DNA of 64,000 nucleotides from positions 35,342,001 to 35,406,000 of the forward strand of contig NC_087251.1 in the NCBI RefSeq assembly GCF_037042905.1. Direction: 5' to 3'. Under the pieces are notes generated by a model. That model saw only the letters and a list, made by a program, of their open reading frames with translations, searched no databases and was not told where the DNA came from. Position numbers and translations under genes: made by a program. Source of the DNA: Lytechinus pictus. Lineage: Eukaryota. Shown here piece after piece: positions 25,155-37,469 of this stretch (position 1 is the stretch's first letter; each line of letters starts with the position of its first letter).

Positions 25155-25805
25155 ATGAATATATTGGATATGTCCAACCGTTACGCTTGTTCACGATGCG
25201 ATAAAACTTTTAGTAGGAAGTATGATATGCAGAGGCATGAACAAATTGAGCATGATACTGGAGAAGAAACGAGTGAAGATGAAGAATCCGACCCATCCTC
25301 TCAAATGCAAAGAGTTGAAGAATCCAACGGTGATTCCGAAACGAGCGTATCAGAAAGCGATGGACACGAATCGTCAATGACAACAAACATGGAAGAAACT
25401 GAAGACAACCTCGCTTATCGAGGATGGTTAGAGCAAGCCATGACGGCCACCAAGGACTTGAGAGACGAAAAATATCAGAAATACATCTCAGAAGGAATGG
25501 AAGAAGAAGACGCTAAAGCAAAGGCTCACGTGAAACTACTCTGGGCAGTCAAACGCATCTTTTTCGATCTGTACTCTCAGTTCTTGCAGCAGAACGTGTA
25601 CCTCGAAGACGCTGACATCAATCATGAAATCGTGTCCGATCTCACGGAAAGATTAGAGAATGGCATGGAATTCCGGAAAGCCGTACAGAGAGTGTTAGCC
25701 AGGCATGGTTCACAATTCGATGGTTTATTCCAGTATCAAGGTGACGATGACGATAATGATGATGGTGGAGAAGAAACGGAGGGTGAAGATGGAACCTACA
25801 ACTAA
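25155..25805 (+). CDS. C2H2 zinc-finger/acidic protein, about 216 aa (right-arm copy)
   Basis: Mirror copy with identical translation; TATAAT at about 25095 upstream and AATAAA at 26112-26117 downstream. Confidence 0.8.
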   Translation: MNILDMSNRYACSRCDKTFSRKYDMQRHEQIEHDTGEETSEDEESDPSSQMQRVEESNGDSETSVSESDGHESSMTTNMEETEDNLAYRGWLEQAMTATKDLRDEKYQKYISEGMEEEDAKAKAHVKLLWAVKRIFFDLYSQFLQQNVYLEDADINHEIVSDLTERLENGMEFRKAVQRVLARHGSQFDGLFQYQGDDDDNDDGGEETEGEDGTYN

Positions 25806-28800
25806 AGGCACAAACCTCAGCTTGTCGAATAATCCAAGAAAACGCCGTCAACATAAATGCGGGCATAAATGACAGTTTGAACTTCATTGTGTTCATATTT
25901 TCTGAATGCCATCCATAGACACGTGTTACAATCCAATAAGTTAAGCGAAGGAAAAGAAAAAACGAGAACTTCACTTTAGTATTAACAATGAACAGTTAAT
26001 TATTTTGTTGTGACAACGTAATTTGAGAACATATCTTACATTATTTTTACCTTTGTATCAAAATCTGCTGTTTATACACTAATTGAACCTATCTACATTG
26101 AAATGGAATAGAATAAATGATAGTAATAATAAAGAATCATCCTTGACTGTATAGTGTTTCATGTTATCACCATCTGTACTGCGGATGAATGAAGTTGATT
26201 GAAAGGAGTCGTCTACGGGTTTCAATATAGTATACTTTTGCGGGTCAGAGAGCCGTGCAGGTCATGTGAGTTAAAATGAAAAGTATGGAGGTATGTACAA
26301 AACAGTATGGAAAAGTCAGAGAGTTTTGATGGGGGAAAGTCTGGAATGAGTAGAGCTTGAGATGCCACTGTTATCAGGATTATAATCACATGTTGGATTA
26401 CCAATAATTGTTGTAATAAGAGACAGAGAGAGCCGGCTTTCACCTTGAATAGGATATCCCCAAGTTCAATGACGGGCGTTGGTCGTGAGTGGGGTGATCG
26501 ATTCGTGAACCGCGAGGCACTTGACATATCGGGTTCGACATATCTGCTGGTAGGCAAAGAAAGATAATTTTTTCAATAGGAAACTGTGTAGAAATCATAC
26601 GTCTGTTTCGTGCATCGTATCCTATACGTGACGATTGCGCCACGGTGGTGCCATACCGATACGATGGGATAAGGGGAATTCCCTGGGATGACATCACGGT
26701 GCTTGCGTAGCCGGTGACGTCATGCGAGGCGGTTGACATATCCGCTGGAAGGCGGAGAAAGATCCTTTTTTCGATAGGAAACTGTGCAGAAATCATACGT
26801 CTGTTTTGTGCATCGTATCCTATACGTGACGATTGCGCCACGGTGGTGCAATACCGGGTAAAGGGTAATTCCCTGGGATATGACATCACGGCCGTGGTTG
26901 CGTAACTGTGTCGTAATACCGATTCATGGTGACGTTGTGGCTGGCCGGAAGTCTGGGTCAACGAGGGCGCGGGAGATCACCCCACGCGGAGGTTAATTAA
27001 ATTTCCTGTAGATCGAGTCCCTACGTGGACTCATATCCAATTAAGATGGCGTCCCCACGCGGAGTCATTATCCAATTAAAATCGCGTCCCCACGCGGAGT
27101 CATTATCCAATTAAAATCGCGTCCCGCGCTTCATTATCCAATTTCCTGTTTACCGCGTACCCAAAGGTCAAAGGTCATGATTGACCGGAAGGTGGGGTCA
27201 CGGGGTCCACAGTGACCGGAAGTTGGGGTCAAAGGTCATGCGGTCAAAGGTCAAAGGTTAAGTAGGTCAAAGGTCAAGTGAGCCCAGGTCTATCCATTAA
27301 CTACTTACGTTATCACTAACGGTGTGACCGCAACCTCATGTATTGACACCATTTCAACAACCTGAGCAAACAGAATGACAAGGGGCTTGTTGGCATGAAA
27401 GGTGTACTCACTTTGATCTCTCGAGCTTTCTCCCTGGCAACGTCTGACCGGAATAGCGCCACCATAGGTCACGTTTAAGATGCGTGATTATTTTGCCTAT
27501 AGGCTTTAAAGCGCCCATCTGTCAAACATTAATGTGTATACAGATAATGATTTTTATTATTTTTTAGTTTGACTTACTTTTCCTCATCAATTTCCATTAT
27601 TTCAACATTTTATAACAACATGTTTCATTAATATTTTTTTTTTAGTATAAATAAAATCTTTGTTCATCTTAATTACAACTATAGCAATATTTGGTTCAGG
27701 TTATTCTTCAAGTTCAAGTTTAATTTCATTTTTTTTTCTTCAACCGAACAATTTTTTTTCTTCAAGTATTAATGATAAATAACAATGATTAAAACAAAAC
27801 ATTACATATGATTTATATGTGATATAAAAATACGGCAATGATCATTTCGAATAAATTTTACTCAGTATTCCCTCTTGGTGACGATTGGTCAAAATTACCA
27901 ATGTCAGTGAATGTGCCGGTGAATGATTAATGCGTCTCGTCAAAATTGGGGATAGACTGACCATCTGAAATGCTCTTTCACAAAATTACTTGTGTTCAAA
28001 CATGTTAGATAATGACACTCAACAATTTGATATTTTGATAAATCCGCGTTGTGTTTGTAAGGTGGGAAACAGGGGTATCATATCACGTGAGCGTAGGTGT
28101 AGTTCATTACTCGTTCGATCGTAAAGTCTCGTGCATAAATGCATTCGATGATAGAGCTTTTATCAAAAAAGGATCAAAACCTTATCAGCAATTCATGTCA
28201 TTCAATCTCAACCTTATGTTATAATTCATTCTTGCAAGCGGCGACAGGATTAGTTACAAAGTCACGTTGGAAGAATATGTTAGTCCCTTGTAGAATGAAG
28301 CAAGGGGGCGGAGGGCGGCCGCGCCCTTTGGTAGTGTGAAAGGAGGGGGGGGGGAGAAAGTAAGAAAGAAAAGTATAGAAAGGATAGTTTAGGCCCTATA
28401 GTTCTGGAATAGCCATTTGATTAAAATGGACAAAATGGAACGCCACCTTTTGATTGCCCCCCCCCCTTACATCAAAACATCCGGACGCCGCTTCTGGTAT
28501 AAAGAGGGGCACTACATCAAGTAGAGTACTACCATCACGTGGCTGACACGGGGGCAATCTCTAGAGAACCAGCGAAGCACTTACATCTTTGTGAGAGAGT
28601 GAGCTGCATGAAGGTCAACAGCGGCCATAATGAGGGGCACTTTGAAAAAAAAAAGAAAAAAAAGGAGAATTAAGGGAAAAGAAATAACAGCATGAAAAAG
28701 CAAGGTAAAAGTCATGCAACTCTATACCCCTTAAATTCAATTGATAAAGATATAGGTCGTCTACCCCCCCCCCCGCATAAAAAAAACCTGGCGCCGCCCC

Positions 28801-29932
28801 TGGTCATAATGATGAATATAATAGGGTATATCATTCCTCATAAGCAACGGACGTCGCCATAACTGTAATAGCCAATTCCATGATTGGTGGAAAAGCAAAC
28901 GCACGTGTCACGGGCTTGTCATCTGTGTTTGTTTCCGCAAGGTCAATCTGTGCAAATAAATAAAACACAAATTAAATATATCTATAATGAAAAGCACAAA
29001 GAGAGAAGAAATTAAATGAAGACCAATTTCCCCAGGAAAAAAAACATTACGACAATTTTTGTTTTCGTTTTTTGACAGGCAGTAACAACATTGTAAACCA
29101 ACCATTTGGATTTTTACTCTATTATTTGCAAATGACATTGTGCTATGCGGCTCTATGAATTCATTCATTCATTTATTTATTTCAATTGATTGAGCTGTGA
29201 AAGAATTGTGGAACTATAGGCCTGCATGAGTAAATATTATTGCTTCTAGACATAACCCGCCACATTTCATGCGGTAATTAGATAAAACAACATGAAAAGA
29301 AAAGTTTTTTGTGTGGAAATATATCAAAACTGCGTATAGCCTCCAGCTCACTAGCTCATCGTGACATTTCGGAATTCGCAGTCTTTATGAAGATTGGCTT
29401 CTGAGATTTTTTTTTTGGAAAATTAACCTCATTATTGTCGGCTTAGATCCTCATCTGGGTCTGGCTCAAAGGAAATGATTCCGAAATCGACTTGTCGTGG
29501 TAATGGTTGCGTGGGATTCTTACGTTTAAAGGTCAACTCATTCAGATTGATCACTTTCGTTTCATTAAAATCTGGGTCTTGTTTTAATTCTAAACGCCAT
29601 CGCTCGAAGCGACGGTTCCATTTATACCGATTACCCAATCGTCTTGCACTGACGACAAGAGGCAGATAAATCGAGCTTCCAATTCAAGAGGGGGAGAGAG
29701 AGAGAGAAAGAAAAAGAGAGGGGGGCTTGAATTCAGAAATGGTAGCGATGTGATATTTTTCTTCGACACATTTCGTAAGATGATTACGAGTGTTCAATAC
29801 GGTGGAAATAAGACATAAGTGAAATAGATACGTTTCACTATACAACACATTGTTACGAGAAAGTACATGGAACTTTCTCTACGTTGAGCTAACCACGTAA
29901 TCCAACACAAGATAATGAAGATATATAATATA

Positions 29933-29994
<62 letters not shown>

Positions 29995-30660
29995 CAGTTG
30001 AGGCCAGAAGTTTACATACACCCAGGAAATTCAAACAAAAGTTGACACTTGCCAAACATGAAATTTACTGTATCTTATGAAATATTTGTGCTATCATGAC
30101 GAATTTGATATAAACAAATGAGTACGTCATGCCCCTTCATCACATTGCTTTTTCATTAGGAGCTGAAAAAATATTTAGGTGTCATTTTTTCCCCAAGAAT
30201 CTTCATATTTTAGACAAATTACAAATAAAAACTTGACAAAAACTTTTCATATTTGTGCTAGTTACTTCTCAACACAAACATTTCAGATTACAATTTTTTG
30301 TTCAGTGGTGACATATCATGATAGAAAGTGTAATATAAATCATAGATTTGACATTTATATATTTTTATGACACGATTTTTGAAAATATAATAACAAAAAA
30401 TAGAATACATTTGGCATGAATATTATTTTTTTTTTCACCTGAAATATACTTTAATCCCAACGGCATTCCAATCATGTGAAAGAGCTTAATATGTGCTTTC
30501 ATTTGATACCAAATTTGTCAGTGTAGTATTTATATTTCTGAAGATATATGTACAACAGATTTGGCAATTGAAAATATGTTTTGAAAATAATCATGTTCCG
30601 AGCAATTATATTTTTCAGGCCTAGCCAAAAGGGAAAAAGCTCCATTGATAAAAGCTACGC
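29995..30660 (+). mobile_element. One end of a second Tc1-like element, in a (TA)n run
   Basis: TA|CAGTTGAGGCCAGAAGTTTACATACAC resembles the Sleeping Beauty-type terminus. No partner end was found and the right boundary is approximate. Confidence 0.55.
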
Positions 30661-31845
30661 CTATACAATTATTCACTGTACGTATATAGAAAGATACGAG
30701 GCATTTTAAGGCAAAAAATGATACTCGGTTCCTCCACCTCTAGTCTGCATTGTGTTTTAGAGATTCGCTCCTTGATATGTTGTGATGTCGATGATGTGTC
30801 GGATTTCATCGTTGCATTATGGATGAAGGATGATCTAAATTCCGCCATCTGCCATCCAACATGTTCACTGTTTCCGCCAACATGCAATACACACGCACAT
30901 AGCCACAAAAACATACTCTCTGTTCTCTCCCTCTCTCATACGCACACCCCCTACACGCACTATCTCTCTCTCTCTCTCTCTCTCTCTATGACTCTGTGTC
31001 TCTGTTGTCAGTGGGGGTGTGATCTGTCTTCTCTCCCCTCTTTGTATTCTCTCTTAATCTTTGACAGCACACACACACACACAAATCTCCCACCTGTCTC
31101 TCGATCTCACACACACACCCACCCACACTTCATATCTCCCTCTTCGGTAATTGTGTTTTTTTGTGCCTCTCTCTCTTCTCTGTTCATCTGTGACAACACA
31201 CACACACATATTTCACTCCCCCTCTCTCTTTTTCCATTTCTCTCTCTTACCCTTTTGTCATCAGACCCCGGTTTCTCCTTGATTAAAATGCGTCAGTTTC
31301 CCCCAATGGAATCACTCTGGAATAGCATTTGTAAACCTAGACGAGTCGCTGAAGCTTGATATACATTTCCTGCTTGCTTATTGAATACCCTTTCTTGAGA
31401 ATACGTTTCTTTTCACTTATAATCACTTCTGATGGACAATCATGCGACTGGCCTTTCGGCGTAAGCAACGCGATCACCGGACACCAACTGATCACATTTC
31501 TCATGGTCAGAAAATGCGTCATTTAAGCCAAAAGACATGCATCTAAATATGTTTCAAAATTGGTCAATGAAAACAATCGCGAAATATATCTCGCAAATTA
31601 CTTTTTTGGTCACACAAATTAAAGATCATCATTTCTATTAATGAGAAATAATGGACGAAGAGAGAGAATATACATATATATATATATATATTACTGTCAT
31701 ATGAATTATTTCATGGGTCTGGTCAAGGCATAGGAGGTAGCGGGTGTACAAAGATAAAAATGGTTACAAAGTAATATAATTAACAATCCATGTTTTTTTT
31801 TCAAATGAACGTTAATAATACATTTCTCTGATTTGTTTCTTGCAG

Positions 31846-31954
31846 AAAAATATAGGCCAAGCAGATGGAACACCCGGCTTAGATCTAAATATTGAAGAAG
31901 CATGGAAGGCTGGATACTCAGGAAAGGGAATCACCATTGCTATCATGGACGATG
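31846..31954 (+). CDS. PCSK2: PC2 coding exon (catalytic Asp, IAIMDDG)
   Basis: ttgcag|...|gtaaga. Translates KNIGQADGTPGLDLNIEEAWKAGYSGKGITIAIMDDG. Confidence 0.96.
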
Positions 31955-32853
31955 GTAAGACACTGTGTTAAAAAAAACTCCTTAAGTATGGGTTAATTTA
32001 ACACCACACAGCAAAAACGGTTGTGTTACCCGGTGTTGATAGATATACAGTATGATTACACCATCCATTTTACACCGATGTTAAATGTATTGTGCTTATT
32101 CAACACCGCTGTGGTCCTATAGAAATAAATAGTATAGTTTGGTTGAGCACACGTCATTTCAACACTTATCATTATTGTTTAAATGTTATCCGGTGTTAGT
32201 CCAAAGCATGTCGGTGCTATTTCAACTCTTCTCTGTGGTGCTTTCCTATATAGATACCAGGCTGATGTTGTGAGATAACATGGGTGTTTTTGTAAAAAAA
32301 TCATTCATCTTTCTCTAAGCATCTTGTTTATTATTATTTTTAATCGAAGATTGGACTTTCTGTGACTTGTACATTTATAACAGTGTTATAAATCATTGCT
32401 GTAGGTATTTTCATAATATACATATTATGAATACGACATGGTTCATTCTGGGATATCCCATGTAATCGCGACAGTTACGAATTCAGAATTGATTTAAGTC
32501 ATCAAACATTATAGCATTAACTGTCCGTAAACGGCAGTGCATACACATTTAAACCTGATAACAAACTGTATTTGAACTTTCGTGGTAAAGCATTAATTAT
32601 TTATGAAAACTTAAACTCTGCAATTAGGTAATGAGCATAGCTTCTCATTCTCCGTGACAGGTAGACCGTGCGAATATTAGGATCATTTAATTCATAGTAA
32701 ATAGAGATGAAAAAATATTTTGGCGCGACCTTATTGATTGCTCAAATTTATACACATTTTTACTCGAAATCAACTCATTCTGATTTAATTTAATCAATCA
32801 ATCATGTGGAACTCATGAATGTTTTTTTTTTCATTATTATTTTTATCTCACAG

Positions 32854-32968
32854 GTATTGATTATCTTCATCCTGATATTGGTCCTAACTTCAATGCTAAT
32901 GCCAGCTACGACTTCAGCAGTAACGATCCATTACCCTATCCACGTTACACCGAAGATTGGTTCAATAG
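32854..32968 (+). CDS. PCSK2: PC2 coding exon
   Basis: ctcacag|...|gtaaga. Translates IDYLHPDIGPNFNANASYDFSSNDPLPYPRYTEDWFNS. Confidence 0.96.
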
Positions 32969-33267
32969 GTAAGACTTAAGGAAGTTCTAAAATTGTAATA
33001 TCGATATCAGCATTTAAAAGTTGACTACCAGCCGTATAATTTACTTTCTTCCTTACCTTTTATTACTGTATCTTAACCTTAACCTTATTTCATGTTGTAT
33101 GTATTTGTATGTACTATATGTACTTTGCATTTGTTATTTTATATACGAAAATATACCAAACAAACAAGTGAGGGAGAATAGATCTCGGCAGAGCGTTAGA
33201 GGTGAAACCGTCACAAGTAAATATAGGCCTATCTGAGGTTAAAAATGCCACGTTTCTGTAATGGGCA

Positions 33268-33512
33268 CACTGTTAAAAATACCCTGATTTTACAGAAAAA
33301 AAGAAGATTTTGCAGAAAGCAATAACAGAATCATTCTGTAAATTCATAAAACAGGATTTTTTTCTGCAATTTAACAGAACAGGTCTGTTTAAAAAAGAGA
33401 AAAGGGTGTTTTATTAAAAGAAATTTGTAAGGTTCCATATACCAAATACCAATTTCCTCTAAGACTCTGCTGCAGAAATTCTTTTATTTTAAGGAAAAAT
33501 GTTCTAACAGTG
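33268..33512. mobile_element. MITE with CACTG termini and 2-bp TSD (CA), EnSpm/CMC-like
   Basis: ca|CACTGTTAAAA...TTCTAACAGTG|ca. Confidence 0.65.
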
Positions 33513-33717
33513 CAGGACAAATGTCTGTTTTATAACGCCAAGCTTGTATAACCAATTACAAATAAAACATCTAGACGACAGAAATTACTCTCGGATCTTT
33601 TTAACTCATGATGAATAAAATGAAATTATATCAAGTCTAATGAAGCCATATTATTATGAATCAAAACATAAACAGCTCAAATCAAATCAAAATTCTTAAT
33701 CTTTTTTTCGTAAACAG

Positions 33718-33806
33718 TCATGGAACGCGATGTGCTGGGGAGGTTTCTGCGGTGGCCAACAATGGAATTTGCGGAGTGGGCATCGCATACAACTCCAAGA
33801 TTGCAG
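33718..33806 (+). CDS. PCSK2: PC2 coding exon (catalytic His, HGTRCAG)
   Basis: aaacag|...|gtatag. Translates [30 protein letters not shown]. Confidence 0.96.
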
Positions 33807-35246
33807 GTATAGTATTTACAGGGGTGGGGATTCCGGCGGTAATTGCGGGCATCTGCACTTGTCATCTTCCAACAGTTAAACCCATTCCCATTAAGCAAAC
33901 ATGCTCTCAGGATCCCCTGCATGGTTGCAAACCTGGAATATTGTCAAACACGTGTTATAATATTGGATCATTGTGAATCCGTTTCCTTTTTCTTTCTCTA
34001 TAGCTCCCTTTTTATCAAAATATCAAGTTTGAAACAGAAGATCTTCATAAACCTTTCCAGTGCTACCTTATGTTACAGTCTCACCAACGAAAACAAACCA
34101 AGACCTATAAAACGCAGTACAATATTTTGAATAGCCTATCGTCGATCGTTTTGGTATTGGTATATCGTTGGTGTGACTACATCATTGAGTAAGACTTCTT
34201 ATTTTGTGAATGAAAATACCCCACGTGCACGAATATGACTAACCCAGGGAGGTCCCCTCTTCCTGATTAAATCTGTATTATGATTTGGATTACAATATGC
34301 GTCACGTGCCATTTACAATTGTCGAAGGCCCTTTTGTCTACTTACAATACTGCTTGATGATGCCTTTGACCTACAATGAACTGTTGTAAGCAACGCTTTG
34401 ACGGACCCAGGGGGTCGGGTAATCGAACATATTTTCCTTTAGGTGGTCTGTGCCTCAAAATAATCTAAAATATCTGAACGGCGACCACGCTAAGTCCTTT
34501 CTTACCTCATGCACTACCCGTTTATCCATGAAGATTTGCCATATAAATGGGCCTACCAAATCTTGATTGGAATAACTACGTAGACCCATCCGCCGTGAAA
34601 GCGAGAAAGGACTGGAGGTCACCACTGACATTGCTATATATTGAGACCGAATGGAAAAGAACACGACCTATATTCAAAGGGACTGGCTTAACTGTATTTC
34701 AAGCCGTTTTTACTCATATAAAATATAGAACCATACCTTGAAATGAAACACGGCAATCGATATCAGAAGATGAATTAAATTCACTTAATTCACTTATTTG
34801 TCGTTAATTCGTAGTTAATTTATGATCAATTATTCACAGTAAGGATTTTCAAGGACACTTAAAAGAAAAAAAAACAGCACTTTCGATAGTCTTTCAAGGA
34901 TTGAAATGAATCCAGATTGGCTGTACTTTGTCCCTGGCTATATAGTTATCAATCGAAATATGGATTTTATTTTTCTTTTAAACAATTTAAATTCTCTAAC
35001 GGATAGAATACAGTGTCCCATCGTGTGTTCTACAGTGTTGAACACAATGTGAAACCATCTTCACACTGTTTAATTTTACTATTTTAGTCCATTATGTGAA
35101 CACACTGTCGAGGTGTCCACATAAGTGTGAAATGTGAGCATTGTATCAGTACTACTCACATCTTCACACTTCCACTGTGCGACCACACTGTGAACATATT
35201 GTTCGACGGTGTCCTTGTTAGGAGGATCACAGTATCTCAACACAAT

Positions 35247-35474
35247 GGGTGATTTCAAGTTCAGTGTTGACCTATTGGTGTTGGTGTTAGGTTAATTTTT
35301 ACACGAATATAACGCCAAACATTAGATGAAGATGGTCCTGAAAAGTCACTCACTAGCTTTTGAGATGTCAATAATGTGATCTGGATCAGTTTTACAATCT
35401 CAGAATAGATTTTGGAGCTAGAGGAAGCAATCCAAATTCCAACACCAATGCCAACACCGGACTTGAAATCACCC
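35247..35474. mobile_element. MITE with GGGTGATTTCAAGT TIRs (Harbinger-like); inverted partial copy at 39461-39590
   Basis: 14-bp perfect TIR and GGTGTT subrepeats. The same terminus occurs at 45231, about 52500 and 52749. Confidence 0.75.
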
Positions 35475-35807
35475 AGTGTCTCTGTTTTCCTCCCAACACA
35501 GTATAAGCTTTGAATTCAAATTTCTCAAAAGTTTCAATCTCACTCCAAATGTTGAGATGCTCCATATTCCATAGCCGATATGGGTTTAACTTAGTCTTTG
35601 AAATTTGTAGTACATGTAACAATAACAATACCAACTTTTTGACAATTACGACATATATTTTTCGAAGAAGAGAAAAAACAATGGGAACGCATAATATAAT
35701 ATATCAATGAGACCTCTGAAAAAGTAGGTGATACTCATAATGAGAATAATAATTATCATTATTATATCTTTAAGAAGTATTTTGATTGATTACAATCATC
35801 ATTACAG

Positions 35808-35983
35808 GTATTCGCATGTTGGATCAGCCTTACATGACTGATATCATAGAAGCTTCGTCTATGAGTCATCTTCCTCAAATGGTCGATATCTACAGTGCCA
35901 GCTGGGGGCCACAGGACAACGGTAAAACAGTAGATGGTCCTAGGGACTTCACTCTGGATGCCATCGCCAACGGTGTCAACAAT
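35808..35983 (+). CDS. PCSK2: PC2 coding exon
   Basis: ttacag|...|gtaagt. Translates [58 protein letters not shown]. Confidence 0.96.
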
Positions 35984-36409
35984 GTAAGTACCATAGTGAT
36001 ATCATAACCCGATACGCAATGACGATAGCTATATGTAAGGATATGAGTTTGTGCATGAAAGGGTATGTATCCGGCATGCTGAATCATGATTAATGCTTCT
36101 TTGGGGGTATCACAAGGTTCAATATTTTGACCGCTTTATTTAAAATGTTAAATATTCCAGGTTTGACAGGTAACCTCGGAGGGGTGGACTTCATCAGTGT
36201 GAACGATGGGCATCTCGTCCTGTATTGCCTATGTTTATATCGGATTCATCTTAGATTCACATTCGTTTATGTTGCTACAAATGAATCACTTCTGAAGCTG
36301 TCCTTTAGACTTTTCCCAAGACCAGAATATTTTGCTCCAAGTCTTATTTTCTAAACGGATTGTTGTCATCATAAATTCCTTCACAATATTTTGACTTATC
36401 CTTATCCAG

Positions 36410-36628
36410 GGCCGAGGTGGAAAGGGTAGCATCTACGTCTGGGCTTCTGGAGACGGTGGTCCAATGGATGACTGCAACTGCGATGGTTATGCCTCTAGCA
36501 TGTGGACAGTATCCATCAACAGCGCCATTAATGATGGTAGAACCGCCCTCTACGACGAGTCCTGCTCCTCGACCTTGGCTTCCACCTTCAGCAATGGCAG
36601 GAAGAACAGACATCCTGAAGCTGGTGTG
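36410..36628 (+). CDS. PCSK2: PC2 coding exon (PC2-diagnostic oxyanion-hole Asp, WASGDGG)
   Basis: atccag|...|gtaagt. Translates GRGGKGSIYVWASGDGGPMDDCNCDGYASSMWTVSINSAINDGRTALYDESCSSTLASTFSNGRKNRHPEAGV. Asp rather than Asn at this position distinguishes PC2 from furin and PC1/3. Confidence 0.97.
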
Positions 36629-37153
36629 GTAAGTTATACTATAGATTCATTACTCTATATCATTCCTCATGCTTCGTCTTGGCCTTCAAAAGTTTCCTTG
36701 TAAACATAAATGTAAAAACAAACATTTCATTATACACATGAGAGTCCTCTCTTGACAAAAACACCGATGATAAAACGGTTGTGAATAAACTACGCAAATC
36801 ATTTCCTAAAGCAACAATCAATCCGGCGAAACCGACACCAAACTGACCGATGGTATGTCATGGGGAATAACGTATTAGTTTTTGTTGGTTTTGGAATTGG
36901 TTTCGTCGTCGTGGCATTACCTAATATAAAACAAACGATCAATGAAGAGACCTAGATTATTATGGTGGTCAGTCCACCACGATTTTGCGTTCGTCTAGTC
37001 CTATTTTGTTGTTGGAAAAGTTCATGTTTGTATTGAAAGCAGTCAATTTAACTCATGATTACTTTACACTGGATATTAGTGATATGTAATCACTTGCCAA
37101 TAACCTATACAACTACTTTGCATATTATATTTTTAATCATGTTTTTGCCTTAG

Positions 37154-37254
37154 GCCACTACTGATCTATATGGAAACTGCACCTTGTCACATTCTGGAAC
37201 ATCTGCCGCTGCTCCCGAAGCTGCAGGAATCTTCGCTCTGGCCCTCGAGGCAAA
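37154..37254 (+). CDS. PCSK2: PC2 coding exon (catalytic Ser, SGTSAAAP)
   Basis: ccttag|...|gtaaga. Translates [34 protein letters not shown]. Confidence 0.96.
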
Positions 37255-37469
37255 GTAAGATCTTTATGCCTCATTCACATCAGCGAAACCGACTCTAGCA
37301 CGAATTAATCTCCAGCGTTATTTCTAATGCCATATAATTTGTTGGTTGGAGTCGGCTTCGTTGGAGTGACTTATGTATAGCATTACGTTGCACGAGACAA
37401 AATATATCATTAGACATTCATGATAAAAGTACGATTTCTTCACAATATGGCTGTTCTTCCGATTTCCTA

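Larger units (their letters stand above)
21952..27305. mobile_element. Non-autonomous palindromic Polinton/Maverick-type element (5354 bp)
   Basis: Termini AGTAGTTAATGGATAGACC...GGTCTATCCATTAACTACT and 6-bp TSD TACGTT (21946-21951 and 27306-27311). Arms of about 2.6 kb; all mirrored ORF pairs outside the minisatellite translate identically (coordinates sum to 49264). Confidence 0.88.

Noticed and set aside
30718..31359. 213-aa ORF
   Set aside because: Built largely from (CT)n and (CA)n low-complexity sequence within a PC2 intron.
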